A stretch of DNA of 64,000 nt from Candidatus Latescibacterota bacterium (GCA_965248435.1 OZ252100.1:4896001-4960000); one strand, 5' to 3'; shown: positions 20,328 to 31,181, numbered from the stretch's first letter. Program-made: numbers and translations. Notes: generated by a model from the letters alone, not told the origin.

Positions 20328-21299
20328 ATGCTCACACCACAGCAGTTGGTTCGTTATAGCGAGGACGGCTACCTGGTCCTGCGCGGTTTGCTCGAGCCGG
20401 AGCGTGACCTCGCGCCGCTTCGTGCGGAGTACGAATCGCTGCTGGATGTGGTAGCGGCCAAGCTCCAGGCCGACGGTGTCGTCTCTTCCAGACACGCGGA
20501 TCTGCCGTTCGGTCAGCGCTTCTGTGCCCTCGTGAAGGAGATGGGGGGGACGCTGATGAACCTCATGGATATCTGCCTGCCGCAGAAGGGGGTCACAGCC
20601 GACACACCGGTCCACTGCGGTCCGGGCGTCTTCGGACTGCTCAAAAACCCGCGCCTGCTCGACGCGGTGGAGGCGATCGTCGGCCCGGAGATCACCTCCA
20701 ATCCTACCCAGCACGTGCGGATCAAGCCGCCTGAGGACTGTCTCGCGCAGGACGAAACGATCGTCGGTGAGATCGCCCAGACCGTCTGGCACCAGGATCT
20801 TGCCACGGTGATGCCCGAAGCAGACGAGAGCCTGATCCTGACCGTGTGGATCCCGGTCACAAAGGCCACCCGGGAAAACGGCTGCCTGCTCGTCGCGCCG
20901 GGCAGCCACAAGCAGGGCCTCGTGACACACAAACACGACCCGCGATCGAACTTCAGCCGACAGGCGATACCCGACGAGCTGGTCGGTGACCGGAGCGTCG
21001 CACTGGAGATGGACCCGGGCGACGTCGTGTTCTTGAGCAAGCTGATGATGCACGCCTCGCTGCCCAACCTGAGCGAGGATGTTCGCTGGAGTGTGGATCT
21101 GCGCTACCAGCCCACCGGCGAGCCCACTGGAAGGCCCTGGTTTCCGGGCTTCGTCGCTCGCAGCCGGGCCGCGCCGGACAGCGTGCTGCCAGACGCTGCA
21201 GCCTGGGCGGCGCTTTGGCACGAGGCTCGCGAGCGGCTCGCGGCCGAGCCCCCCGCGTCGTTTCAGCGATGGCCGGAGGGGGATCCGGATCGCGCGTGA
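20328..21299 (+). CDS. Phytanoyl-CoA dioxygenase (PhyH) family protein
   Basis: EDGYLV, WHQD, ENGCL..PGSH, HAS.PN...VRWS.DLRY; RBS aggag. Confidence 0.9.
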   Translation: MLTPQQLVRYSEDGYLVLRGLLEPERDLAPLRAEYESLLDVVAAKLQADGVVSSRHADLPFGQRFCALVKEMGGTLMNLMDICLPQKGVTADTPVHCGPGVFGLLKNPRLLDAVEAIVGPEITSNPTQHVRIKPPEDCLAQDETIVGEIAQTVWHQDLATVMPEADESLILTVWIPVTKATRENGCLLVAPGSHKQGLVTHKHDPRSNFSRQAIPDELVGDRSVALEMDPGDVVFLSKLMMHASLPNLSEDVRWSVDLRYQPTGEPTGRPWFPGFVARSRAAPDSVLPDAAAWAALWHEARERLAAEPPASFQRWPEGDPDRA

Positions 21300-21336
21300 C
21301 CACCAAGACACGGTAGCTTGTTATGCGGGCTAGTCG

Positions 21337-22272
21337 TTGATAGACACGAAAGCTCCCATGGATTTCGGCATAAAACTTACAACAAAGGATTTCTTCGATA
21401 AGGAACCTTCACCCGTTATCGAAGAACAGGACGAATTCTTATCCCGCATCAAAAGCGCAGGCATAGATTTCGTAGAAATTCAGCACAATGACGGTGTATC
21501 CTGGGATGATATCTATAAACTCGCGAGACGATGCGCTGAGCACGGACTCTACGCTTCGGTCCATCCCTACCCTTCAGAGAATCTAAGGGCCGAAGTGTTT
21601 ACCGAGACCGATTCCTCCGACTTGCTTACGGAACTATTGAACAATGTCGCCACCGTCAAAGAGATTACCGGACGTGCTGTCCGCCTGACATTTCATGGCG
21701 GGGTCGCCAACGGAAGCCCGTGTCACCAGAATCTGGCGGATGCGACCGCGCACGCCAGGCAGTTTGTCGCGTGGATGGTGAACAAGGTGGAAACCGACTA
21801 TCCGGACATTCTCCTTTTCTTCGAAACGCAGATCCCTGCAGGTCTGGACAACGATGTGATGGTTCGGCTGGGCGACACCTTCGATTCCCTGCTTGATCTG
21901 GCAGAGGGAACAGATGCACGATTCACCTGGGATTTCGGACACAGCTTTGTGAGCTCACGGATCAACAAGCAGGCCTTACAGCCGCCTGCCGAATTCCTGG
22001 CACGCGTAGGACACGTTCACGCGCACGACGTCGTCGAGATCGAAAAGGCGAAGTTTGGGCTCAGGGACCATCGCCCGATAGGCACGGGAATCTGTCCGTG
22101 GAAGGAATACTGTCAGCTCCTCAGCACAGTTGGCTTCGACGAAACGATCGAGTTTGAACTTGGCCTCGACCAGTTTGCAGACATCGAGGAATACGAGAAG
22201 ATGATCGCCGGCGCCACGCGTGACATCCGTTCGATTATCAGCAGTTCTGACAAGGATCCGATTCGTGTCTAA
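21337..22272 (+). CDS. Sugar phosphate isomerase/epimerase TIM-barrel protein
   Basis: FFET, WDFGH, HVHAHD, DHRPIG.G, EFE metal-site pattern. Confidence 0.75.
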   Translation: MIDTKAPMDFGIKLTTKDFFDKEPSPVIEEQDEFLSRIKSAGIDFVEIQHNDGVSWDDIYKLARRCAEHGLYASVHPYPSENLRAEVFTETDSSDLLTELLNNVATVKEITGRAVRLTFHGGVANGSPCHQNLADATAHARQFVAWMVNKVETDYPDILLFFETQIPAGLDNDVMVRLGDTFDSLLDLAEGTDARFTWDFGHSFVSSRINKQALQPPAEFLARVGHVHAHDVVEIEKAKFGLRDHRPIGTGICPWKEYCQLLSTVGFDETIEFELGLDQFADIEEYEKMIAGATRDIRSIISSSDKDPIRV

Positions 22273-24088
22273 ACTGTATGAAGGCTCATCCCAGCAGTAC
22301 GATGTGATTTGTGAGAAGAATGTGATGGTGCCCGTGCGTGACGGTGTCTGTCTGGCCACGGATATCTATTTTCCGGCACGGGGCGGGCAGCGGGCTTCGG
22401 GCCGGTTTCCGGTGATTCTGGAACGTACGCCCTACGACAAAGCGTTGGCGTCGTTGGTGAACAACGGCAACGCCTTTGCCCGTCGCGGCTATGTGTGCTG
22501 CATCCAGGATGTGCGCGGGCGTTTTGAAAGCGAAGGTGAATGGTATCCGTTCGCGAAGGAGGCATCGGACGGCTATGACACGGTGGAGTGGCTCGCCGCC
22601 CAGGCGTGGTGCGATGGCCAGGTGGGCACGATGGGGGCTTCGTATGCCGGCAGCGATCAGTCCGCGCTGGCGACACTCAATCCACCACACCTGAAGACGA
22701 TGATCGTGGCGGTCGGTGCAAACAACTACTATCACTGCTCCATGCGCCAGAACGGGGCGCTGGAGCTGCGCTTCCTGATCTACGTCTTTCGGATGGCGAC
22801 GACCAGCAAGGAAGCCCTCGCAAATCCTGAACTCGGAGCGGCATTAAAAGAGGCCTACGCCAACGTCGGTGAACTGCTGACTAGGTTGCCGTTCAAGCGA
22901 GGGGCTACGGCATTGCACCGGCTGCCCCTCTACGAACAGTGGGTCCTGGACATCCTCACCCACGGTGAATACGATCCCTACTGGCAGCAGAGAGGCTATG
23001 CCATCTCTCACTACTACGAGGAGCACGCCGATGCGCCGACCCTTTACCTCGGTGGCTGGTACGACTCCTACGCACGGGCGACCTGCGAGAACTTCAAAGC
23101 TTTGAGCGAGCTCAAGGAATCGCGACAGGCGTTGCTGATGGGGCCGTGGACGCACGGTGGTTGGGATGTGACCTATGCCGGCGACGTCGACTTCGGAACC
23201 CATTCCTTCATGAACTATAATGACCTGCGCCTGGCCTGGTTCGACCACTTCCTCAAGGGACTGCACACCGAGGTGGCCGATTGGGCGCCGGTCAAGATTT
23301 TCGTTATGGGGACGGGCGATGGCCGTCGCAACTACGACGGTCGCCTGTGCCACGGAGGCACCTGGCGCGACGAACCGAGCTTCCCGCTGCCCGACACGCG
23401 GTTCACGCCCTACTTCCTCCACACCGGCGACAAGCTCTCGCCCGACGCACCACAGGACACGGAGGTCGAGCCCAGCCGCTACACCTTCGACCCCCGCGAT
23501 CCCGTGCCCAACATCGGCGGTTCCATCTCGGCGGCGGCCCCGATCATGCACTCTGGCGCGTTCGACCAGCGCGGCGCCGAGGCCTTCTACGGCTGTGGAG
23601 ACACCCTGCCCCTCAACGCCCGCAGTGACGTGCTCACCTTTCAGACGGCACCGCTGGATAGCGACGTGGAGGTGACCGGACCGATCACGGTCAAGCTATT
23701 CGCCGCCTCATCGGCCCGCGACACCGATTTCACCGCCAAGCTGATCGACGTGCACCCACCCTCGCCGGACGATCCGGACGGGCTGGCGATCAACCTGACC
23801 GATTCGATCATTCGGGCGCGTTACCGCAACGGCTTCGAGAAGCCTGAACTTTTGGAGCCTGAACAGGTGGTTGCGTTCACGTTTGAGCTCTATCCGACGG
23901 CCAATCTGTTCAAGACCGGCCACCGCATACGTCTGGACATCAGCAGCAGCAACTTCCCCCGATTCGACGTCAATCCGAACACGGGGGGTCCGCTGGGAAG
24001 GGAACGCCGGTTTGAGCTTGCCCATCAAGCCATCTATCACGATGCTGAACACCCGTCGCACATCATCCTGCCCATCATCGATCGATAG
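22265..24088 (+). CDS. CocE/NonD family serine hydrolase
   Basis: RDGV.LATDIY.P, RTPY, DVRGR..SEG, GASYAG, GWYD, GPWTH, SSSNFPRFDVN. Confidence 0.93.
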   Translation: MSKLYEGSSQQYDVICEKNVMVPVRDGVCLATDIYFPARGGQRASGRFPVILERTPYDKALASLVNNGNAFARRGYVCCIQDVRGRFESEGEWYPFAKEASDGYDTVEWLAAQAWCDGQVGTMGASYAGSDQSALATLNPPHLKTMIVAVGANNYYHCSMRQNGALELRFLIYVFRMATTSKEALANPELGAALKEAYANVGELLTRLPFKRGATALHRLPLYEQWVLDILTHGEYDPYWQQRGYAISHYYEEHADAPTLYLGGWYDSYARATCENFKALSELKESRQALLMGPWTHGGWDVTYAGDVDFGTHSFMNYNDLRLAWFDHFLKGLHTEVADWAPVKIFVMGTGDGRRNYDGRLCHGGTWRDEPSFPLPDTRFTPYFLHTGDKLSPDAPQDTEVEPSRYTFDPRDPVPNIGGSISAAAPIMHSGAFDQRGAEAFYGCGDTLPLNARSDVLTFQTAPLDSDVEVTGPITVKLFAASSARDTDFTAKLIDVHPPSPDDPDGLAINLTDSIIRARYRNGFEKPELLEPEQVVAFTFELYPTANLFKTGHRIRLDISSSNFPRFDVNPNTGGPLGRERRFELAHQAIYHDAEHPSHIILPIIDR

Positions 24089-24107
24089 ACTGAGGAAGCG
24101 AGTCAGC

Positions 24108-24896
24108 GTGACGCATCAGACTCCCTACGAATTGCGCTTATCCTGCCGTGAGGGCGTGTTCTCAGGGCCCACGTTCGAATCCGCTCCGGGAATTCTCCAG
24201 GCGAACCTGGTGATCGTGCCGGCGACGCTCGCGGACGATTTCGAAACGTTCTGTCGACTCAATCCGAAGCCGTGCCCGCTCCTCGAAAGAACGAAACCCG
24301 GCAGCTATGAACTGCGAAAACTGGCACAGGACGTCGATCTCCGCACAGACCTGCCCAAATATCGGGTGTTTCAGAACGGGTCGTTCGTTGCCGAACCGAC
24401 GGATATTCTGAGCTGGTGGCGCGATGACCTGGTCGCCTTTCTGCTGGGCTGCTCCCTCTCCTTCGAGCACGCGATGCTGGCGTCCGGTCTTCCGGTGCGC
24501 CACGTCGAAGAACATCGAAACGGTCCGGTGTATCGAACGAACATCCCCTGTCAGACGGCGGGGAGCTTTCACGGCCCCACGGTCGTCTCTATGCGGCCGA
24601 TCCCTCCCGGTCTCGTGGATCGCGCTATACAGCTCACTGAGAAGTATCCGTTCGCTCACGGAGCGCCGCTGCACGTCGGAGATCCATCCACGATCGGGAT
24701 TAAGGACCTCCAGTCGCCGGACTTCGGTGAAGCCGTAACGATACACGCAGACGAGACGCCCGTGTTCTGGGCCTGCGGTGTGACTCCGCAGGTCGTACTG
24801 CTGGAATCGAAAACCGAATTTGCTATCACGCACAGTCCAGGTCATATGTTCGTCACTGATATCAAATCTGATGAATTTGTTTGGGAGAGGGCTTAG
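24108..24896 (+). CDS. DUF1445 / D-glutamate cyclase-like putative hydro-lyase
   Basis: QANLV, NPKPCPLL, DLRTDLPKY, GCSLSFE, FWACGVTPQ, THSPGHM. Confidence 0.9.
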   Translation: MTHQTPYELRLSCREGVFSGPTFESAPGILQANLVIVPATLADDFETFCRLNPKPCPLLERTKPGSYELRKLAQDVDLRTDLPKYRVFQNGSFVAEPTDILSWWRDDLVAFLLGCSLSFEHAMLASGLPVRHVEEHRNGPVYRTNIPCQTAGSFHGPTVVSMRPIPPGLVDRAIQLTEKYPFAHGAPLHVGDPSTIGIKDLQSPDFGEAVTIHADETPVFWACGVTPQVVLLESKTEFAITHSPGHMFVTDIKSDEFVWERA

Positions 24897-24950
24897 CGAG
24901 ACGCTCCAGCTGACGCGGATAAGCCGAGCCGCTGAGCATCACATAGGAAT
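24891..24950 (+). repeat. Degenerate canonical attC-like site
   Basis: GCTTAGC-N5-GCTCCAGC...GCTGAGC with one extrahelical base; R'' and R' are mutated; overlaps the upstream stop codon. Confidence 0.55.
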
Positions 24951-24960
24951 TCGCCAAACT

Positions 24961-25317
24961 ATGAAACCTGCACGTTGCATCTTTTTTACGAACAAAGTGG
25001 AACTGATGGTCTCGTTCTATCGGGACGTGATGAAGATGAAGATCGTGAATCCTCCGAAGGCGATGGACTACGAAGCCGAAGATTGGGTTCAGCTTTCGAG
25101 CGGTGGGGTCGAGATCGGCATCCATCGGGCTGGAAAACCCGGATGCGGCGGACCGAACCGGAACAAGCTCGTCTTCATTGTCCGTAATGTGGGCGAAACG
25201 CGTGAGGCGCTTCAGAGTCGGGGTGCTCGTATGGGAAAGCACCAGGTCAATTCACAGTTCGAGTGTTGTGACTTCAAGGACCCCGATGGAAACGTCCTGC
25301 AGATTTCGAGCCGGTGA
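24961..25317 (+). CDS. VOC/glyoxalase family protein
   Basis: FYRDVM, CDFKDPDGNVLQI. Confidence 0.82.
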   Translation: MKPARCIFFTNKVELMVSFYRDVMKMKIVNPPKAMDYEAEDWVQLSSGGVEIGIHRAGKPGCGGPNRNKLVFIVRNVGETREALQSRGARMGKHQVNSQFECCDFKDPDGNVLQISSR

Positions 25318-25423
25318 ATGTCAGGCAAGATGAAGACCTAGGAATAGACCGAACATTCTCTACATCCACTCGCTTAGCCCGGGCGATATTCAAGATGAAA
25401 ATTCAAGTTCAACGGAGGAAAAG

Positions 25424-25840
25424 GTGAATGTTAACGAAGTTGTGCCGTTTTTCGCGGTGAGAGACATGGGGAAATCACTCGCGTTCTATGTCGATGGACT
25501 TGGGTTCGAAATGAAGACCAAATGGGAGGATGAAGGAGTGCTGAGATGGTGTCGCTTGCAGATCGGCGGCGCGGGATTGATGCTTCAGCAATTCAAGACG
25601 GAAGGGCACGATTCGTGGCAGTTCAGCGACAACAAAGGCGAAGGGGTCTCGATTTGTTTCTTCTGCGAAAATGCGGTCGAACTGTATCGGGGCCTCAAAT
25701 TACGTGGGATAGATGCATCGGAACCGGTCGTGGGCAACGGGTTGTGGGTAACGTCCGTGATCGACCCGGACGGATACAAGATGAGTTTCGAGAGCCCTAC
25801 GGATGTCCCAGAAGAGACGGGACTATCGCAGATAGAATAA
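25424..25840 (+). CDS. VOC/glyoxalase family protein
   Basis: VRDMGKSLAFYVDGLGF, DPDGYKMSFES; RBS ggagg. Confidence 0.85.
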   Translation: MNVNEVVPFFAVRDMGKSLAFYVDGLGFEMKTKWEDEGVLRWCRLQIGGAGLMLQQFKTEGHDSWQFSDNKGEGVSICFFCENAVELYRGLKLRGIDASEPVVGNGLWVTSVIDPDGYKMSFESPTDVPEETGLSQIE

Positions 25841-25861
25841 GTCATCAAGGAGATCTGGCGT

Positions 25862-26317
25862 ATGCACGTTTACCTATCCGGTGAAGTCCACAGCGACTGG
25901 CGATCTGAGATCGTCGACGCCTGCAAGTCAGAGCAGTTGCCTGTCACCTTCACGGGTCCGGTGACCGACCATGGCCTGTCAGACAGCGTTGGCGCCGACA
26001 TTCTGGGGGAAGAAACGGACGCATTCTGGGGCGATCACAAGTCGGCTAAGATCAATGCGATACGCATACGGACGATGATCGAGCAGGCGGACCTTGTCGT
26101 CGTAAAGTTCGGCGACAAATTTCGACAGTGGAATGCGGCCTTCGATGCGGGCTATGCGGTCGCAAAGGGAAAGCCGGTGATTGTGCTCCATCCGGACGAT
26201 CTTCGTCATCCGCTCAAGGAGGTCGACGCGGCGGCCATGGCTGTGGCAGAGACGCCGCAGCAAGTCGTGGAGATTCTCAAGTACGTCGCTGCGAAGCAGG
26301 AGAAAATCGATTCCTGA
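25862..26317 (+). CDS. YtoQ family protein
   Basis: VYLSGEVHSDWR, DHKSAKINAIR, QWNAAFDAG, HPLKEVD. Confidence 0.88.
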   Translation: MHVYLSGEVHSDWRSEIVDACKSEQLPVTFTGPVTDHGLSDSVGADILGEETDAFWGDHKSAKINAIRIRTMIEQADLVVVKFGDKFRQWNAAFDAGYAVAKGKPVIVLHPDDLRHPLKEVDAAAMAVAETPQQVVEILKYVAAKQEKIDS

Positions 26318-26892
26318 TGAGCCATTTCATTCTATCCCAGATATTGGCCGCTTTCGCCTTCGCGTGCGGCATGATCTCGTATCAGTTCAAGGAGAGACGT
26401 TCCATACTGCTCTGGATGTTCGGCTCTGCCAGCTGCAACGCGAATCATTTCTATTTTCTGGGCAGGCCAGGTCCGGCGTGTATTGCTCTCGTGGTCGGCG
26501 CCCGATCTCTTGTTTCCGCCTTCAGTATAAACCAAAGCCTGATGGTTCTGTTTCAGGGCCTTACTGTCGTCGGATTCTTCCTGACCTATCAGAATTCGTT
26601 GAGCTATCTCGTCCTGTTCGCCGGACTTGTGGCGGGATATGCGAGCTTCCAGCAGAGTGACAGAAAGATCCGCATCCTGTTCCTGCTGTGCGGGTTGATG
26701 TGGTTGACGCACAACCTGCTGGCCGGGTCCCCGGTCGGCTCGTTGATGGAGGCCACGTTCGTAACAAGCAATCTGATCGGCTACTGGCGTTTCTATCACC
26801 GCGGCAGATCGATCGACTCTGCGGACGATCAGGGAATGAAGCGGGACGGCGAGACTGATGTGCGCGTGGATGTTCGTGTTGGGCACGGGTGA
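26317..26892 (+). CDS. YgjV-like inner membrane protein
   Basis: Hydrophobic; SQ...SYQFK.R, HF..LG, WL.HN...GS motifs. Confidence 0.75.
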   Translation: MSHFILSQILAAFAFACGMISYQFKERRSILLWMFGSASCNANHFYFLGRPGPACIALVVGARSLVSAFSINQSLMVLFQGLTVVGFFLTYQNSLSYLVLFAGLVAGYASFQQSDRKIRILFLLCGLMWLTHNLLAGSPVGSLMEATFVTSNLIGYWRFYHRGRSIDSADDQGMKRDGETDVRVDVRVGHG

Positions 26893-26930
26893 GAAGTGAT
26901 TAAGCTCTGGCGAGAGCGACTGGATTAGGG

Positions 26931-27416
26931 ATGACGAGATTGGGTTTGGTCGTCGCAGCTATGCTCGGTCTGCTTGTCGGTCTGGGGGGCTTTGCGTTTC
27001 ATTATGGGGAGGGGCTTTCCTATTTCAGCAAGGACCCAGCCGCGTGCGCGAACTGTCACATCATGCAGCCTCAGTATGATTCCTGGCAAAAGGCCAGCCA
27101 TCACACGATGGCCACCTGCGTAGATTGCCATCTTCCTCACGACTTGATTCCAAAGTGGGTTGCAAAGGCTGAAAACGGATTCTGGCATTCCAAAGGATTC
27201 ACCTTTCAGGATTTTCATGAACCGATTTTCATTCGAAAAAGTAATCAGATGGTACTACATGACAATTGCCTCCGTTGCCATTCCGAATTTGTGCGAGAAT
27301 CAATACTAACAACCGATGCGATCAACTGCGTACATTGTCACCGGTCCGTTGGCCATGGAGAAACGGTGGGACTCGGAAAGTTTCAGGCCGTTGATCTTGG
27401 GTCGACCAAACAATAG
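26931..27416 (+). CDS. nrfH: Cytochrome c nitrite reductase small subunit (tetraheme)
   Basis: N-terminal TM; CANCH, CVDCH, CLRCH, CVHCH; SYFSKDP. Confidence 0.93.
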   Translation: MTRLGLVVAAMLGLLVGLGGFAFHYGEGLSYFSKDPAACANCHIMQPQYDSWQKASHHTMATCVDCHLPHDLIPKWVAKAENGFWHSKGFTFQDFHEPIFIRKSNQMVLHDNCLRCHSEFVRESILTTDAINCVHCHRSVGHGETVGLGKFQAVDLGSTKQ

Positions 27417-27434
27417 GCAATAGGATGAATAGTC

Positions 27435-28877
27435 ATGAACCGCATTAGATCACTCGCGGGTTACGGTGTAGTCATTGTGGTTGTCGGGACAGCCAGTGCT
27501 TTGGTCACGGCTCTGATCATGAATATCTTCGAGCGAAAGACCGAAGCGTTGAACCCGTACGTGCGCCTTGTGGAGGTGGGGGAAGATGATACCGACCCCA
27601 AGAAGTGGGGTGTTAATTGGCCCAAGCAGTTCGACTCCTACCAGCTGACAGCCCTCGCCACGCGTACTCGCTTTGGGGGACACGGCGGCAGCGAAGCGCT
27701 TCCGGAAGAGAAGATCGAGCGCGATCCGTGGCTTAAGCGAATGTTTCTGGGCTACGCCTTTTCCATCGACTACCGGGATCATCGTGGTCACGCCTACATG
27801 CTGCACGACCAGGAGGCGACCGAACGTCTGACCAAGCCCCAAACGGGTTCCTGTTTGCATTGTCATGCATCCGTCATGCCCTTGTATCGGGAGCTGGGTG
27901 GAGGCGACGCCATTGCGGGCTTCGACATGACCTACAAGATGTCTTATCAGGAGCTGAACACCAGGCTGCACGAGAGTGGCCATGCTCACGCTGTTTCCTG
28001 TGTTGATTGCCACGATCCCAGGACAATGGAACTGCGAATCACGCGTCCGGGATTCATTAGGGGAATTCAAGCTCTCGCCGAATCCGAAGCCCTCTTGCCA
28101 CAGATGCCCTCAATCGAACGCTGGCGTGACACGAATCGGAAAGCGCCTTACAACCCAAATCTCGTGGCCACGCGCACGGAAATGCGTTCTTTCGTCTGCG
28201 CTCAATGCCACGTGGAATACTACTGTTCCAGTGCAATGCCACTTGAGTTCCCCTGGAGCAATGGGCTTCGCGTCCAGGATGAAGAAGCCCACTGGAACGA
28301 AACCACCTTACCCGACGGATCTCGATTTTACGACTATAAGCACGGTGAGACGGGCGCCGAGATTCTCAAGGCCCAACATCCGGAGTTTGAGTTGTGGTCG
28401 CAGGGGATTCACTCTCGATCGGGTGTCGCGTGCGCGGATTGTCATATGCCATATCAACGCGATGGAGCGACCAAAGTTTCAGACCACTGGGTACGAAGTC
28501 CGTTACTCAATGTCAACCGCGCGTGCCAGATTTGCCACCATGTCGAGGAAAAGGAGATCATTGCTCGGGTAGGTGCCATTCAGGAGCGAAACTTCAATCT
28601 CCTCCAACGCGCTGCCCAGGCGCTGATGGATCAACTCGATGCGATCCAGGCCGCCAAGCAGGCCGGTGCCACTGATACTCAATTGCACGAGGCCCTTGAA
28701 CTCCAGCGCAAGGCGCAGTGGCGCCTGGACTTCATTGCCGCAGAAAACTCGATGGGATTTCATGCCCCTCAGGAAGCGGCGCGGATCCTTGGTGAAGCGG
28801 CTGATTATGCCCGCCAGGGCCAGGTAGCTGCACTCATAGCAAAGGGATCTGCTGCGATCGACAGCAAGCCCGAGTAA
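27435..28877 (+). CDS. nrfA: Ammonia-forming pentaheme cytochrome c nitrite reductase, CXXCH variant
   Basis: Five CXXCH motifs; [39 protein letters not shown]. Confidence 0.95.
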   Translation: MNRIRSLAGYGVVIVVVGTASALVTALIMNIFERKTEALNPYVRLVEVGEDDTDPKKWGVNWPKQFDSYQLTALATRTRFGGHGGSEALPEEKIERDPWLKRMFLGYAFSIDYRDHRGHAYMLHDQEATERLTKPQTGSCLHCHASVMPLYRELGGGDAIAGFDMTYKMSYQELNTRLHESGHAHAVSCVDCHDPRTMELRITRPGFIRGIQALAESEALLPQMPSIERWRDTNRKAPYNPNLVATRTEMRSFVCAQCHVEYYCSSAMPLEFPWSNGLRVQDEEAHWNETTLPDGSRFYDYKHGETGAEILKAQHPEFELWSQGIHSRSGVACADCHMPYQRDGATKVSDHWVRSPLLNVNRACQICHHVEEKEIIARVGAIQERNFNLLQRAAQALMDQLDAIQAAKQAGATDTQLHEALELQRKAQWRLDFIAAENSMGFHAPQEAARILGEAADYARQGQVAALIAKGSAAIDSKPE

Positions 28878-28892
28878 GGTCTATTCTAAACC

Positions 28893-29715
28893 ATGGTAAG
28901 CGACCGCGATATCTTCTTCTTCGACCTGCGCGGGTATCTGTTGCTGGAACAAGCCCTGTCGGCCCAGGAAGTCGCCCAACTGAACAGCGATTCTGGACGA
29001 GGCACCTGAACTCAAGCCTGGAGAGTGGTGGGGCCACGTACACGCGCATTGGTATGACGACCACGACGGGCTGAACCTTCAGCAGATTTACGAAGCGGGT
29101 GAGCCGTTCGAACGGCTCATCGACCATCCGTCCTGGATCGACAAGGTCAAATGTTTCGTGGGTGGGGAGGGCACGTTCGACTGGAATCACGGACCGTTGT
29201 TCATCGACGAAAACTTCGCCAACTTTCGTGGGCCGGGCGAAGCGATCGGCATGCATTCGGGTGGACATCTCGGCTCGTTGCGTAACCAGTTTCGCGTTAA
29301 GAACGACAAGTTTCATTGCGGCCAGATCAACGTGCTTATGGCTCTGACGGACATCGGTCCAGGGGATGGCGGCACGCTGATCATCCCCGGTTCGCACAAG
29401 TCCAACTTCGCCCACCCGGACTTCGAGCAGGTTCGTATGCGCGCCGAACGTGCCGGCGACATTCCGGAGGGGGCCCTGGAATTCCACGTGAAGGCCGGCG
29501 ATGCCCTGCTCTTTGTCGACTCGATCTGTCACGGTTCGGCCAGGCGCGTCAACCCGGGCCGGCGGCGCACGGTCGTCTACCGCTATGGTCCGTCGTGGGG
29601 CAACTTTCGGCACAACTACGATGTCTCACAGGATTTGCTGGCGCGCCTGACGCCTGAGCGGCAGCAGATCGTAAGACCCCGTTCCGCCTGGCCGCCGGAA
29701 ACACCATCGGGGTGA
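28893..29715 (+). pseudogene. PhyH-family dioxygenase with a +1 frameshift near 28986
   Basis: MVSDRDIFFFDLRGYL...QLN continues as AILDEAP...HSGGH...PGSHKSN only if one A is removed. Confidence 0.8.
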
Positions 29716-29935
29716 ATGGCATAGCGGGTGGCCCATCAGTCGATGGAACGGCCTGCCGACGCGGTGCGTCTAATACCATGGTCAGTTGTAGGCAGATGGA
29801 GAGAGCGGCTTTGAGAAAAGCCATCTATGACCGCGGACCACAGACGGCGGACCGCCAAACGCGAATGATCACGTTATTCGTCTCGCGGTCTGCGGTTTGT
29901 CGTCCGTCGCCTGCCTTTGAGGGAGGGATAAGAGA

Positions 29936-30280
29936 ATGGCTCTGGTCTTGAGCAGCAACGAGATTCCGGAAACGGTCGTGTCGGACCTCGCGATCCGGCG
30001 CACAATCACGGGTGAAAACCTGATGCTGACGCGCTATGAAGCGAAGGCGGGCGCGGAGTTCGAGGGTCACAGTCACCCGGAAGAGCAGGTCGGCTACGTG
30101 ATCAAGGGTCGCGTCGAGTTCTTCATCGGGGAGCCGGAAGTGAGGTACGAGTTCGCCGCAGGGACGTTCTTTCGGTTCGAACCCAACGAGCGGCACCGGT
30201 CGAGGGCGCTCGAAGACATCGTTGTCGTGGACATCTTCTCTCCGCCGAGGCCGGAGTACGTGGCAGAGGCCAAGCGTTAA
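29936..30280 (+). CDS. Cupin domain protein
   Basis: HSHPEEQ..Y, PNERH, DIFSPPR. Confidence 0.88.
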   Translation: MALVLSSNEIPETVVSDLAIRRTITGENLMLTRYEAKAGAEFEGHSHPEEQVGYVIKGRVEFFIGEPEVRYEFAAGTFFRFEPNERHRSRALEDIVVVDIFSPPRPEYVAEAKR

Positions 30281-30402
30281 TCCAGTCACGACCAGGCTTG
30301 AATGGATATGTGGACCTCGTCTTACCACATAGGGTAATTATAATGTATATTTATAGTACGCGACTACTTCAACCAGTCGGTGTAAACCCCAGGAGGTAAC
30401 TT

Positions 30403-31032
30403 ATGAATCGATGGATCGCGCTTTTGATCGTTTTTGCGTTCGGGCTCGGTTCCCCAGCCTTCGCCGATGTGATCTGGCCGGAGACCGATCCGGAGCAGGA
30501 GGGGATCGCCGGGGTCATTCCGAATCCCTTTTACGCGGGGCGGCTCGAGGTCAGCCCCGTCTTATCGATGACTATCTCAGGAAACACACTCGTGTATCGC
30601 GCGGGTGCGTCGGTCGGCTACTCGATCACGCTCGGCCACCAGGTCGGTGGGTCGTTCGTGGTCGGCAACCGAATCTGGGATCGTAGTTCGAGGAGCGACG
30701 TCCTCCTGAGATCACCTGGAAACACGGGGAATCAGGGCACGCCGTATCGTTCCTTCGACGATGGATTCGGGTCCTCTCTAACCGGGTTCTATCGCTACAA
30801 TATTCCCTGGGAGGTCGAAAAGCGGACCTTCCCGTTCGTAGAGCTGTTCGGGGGGCGTGACTTCTGGAGTTGGGGGGACATCAGCGAGCTCGGGGCAGGA
30901 ACGGGTGTTCGAAAGATGGTAAGCAAAAGGACCGCGTTGACGGCCCAATACGCCTATTCTGTCCTGTTTGCGAACGGTGAGCAGGCGCAGCGGCACGTCG
31001 TGACGGCGGGGATATCGAAGTTTTTCAGATAA
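30403..31032 (+). CDS. Secreted protein, probable small outer-membrane beta-barrel
   Basis: RBS aggagg, signal peptide ending AFA, alternating beta strands, C-terminal GISKFFR. Confidence 0.65.
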   Translation: MNRWIALLIVFAFGLGSPAFADVIWPETDPEQEGIAGVIPNPFYAGRLEVSPVLSMTISGNTLVYRAGASVGYSITLGHQVGGSFVVGNRIWDRSSRSDVLLRSPGNTGNQGTPYRSFDDGFGSSLTGFYRYNIPWEVEKRTFPFVELFGGRDFWSWGDISELGAGTGVRKMVSKRTALTAQYAYSVLFANGEQAQRHVVTAGISKFFR

Positions 31033-31054
31033 TCTCTCCAGAAGAGCAAAACAG

Positions 31055-31087
31055 ACCCGGTCCCACGGTTGTGGGGCCGGGTTTTTT
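31055..31087 (+). terminator. Rho-independent terminator
   Basis: acccggtcccac-ggtt-gtggggccgggt followed by a T run. Confidence 0.85.
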
Positions 31088-31181
31088 GTGCTCTTCACCG
31101 AACTTCGGGACGAGGTGGGAGATCTAGGGGAAGACTCATCCTTCCCTTGCTACAATCGGTTCTTCCTACCCCACGACATCC

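Noticed and set aside
25345-25385. Second attC relic between the two VOC genes (accgaac...ttagccc)
   Set aside because: Too short and lacks L-box pairing.
28893-29009. Programmed frameshift or selenocysteine readthrough in the PhyH gene
   Set aside because: No slippery run, and the homologous sequence continues in another frame rather than past the TGA.
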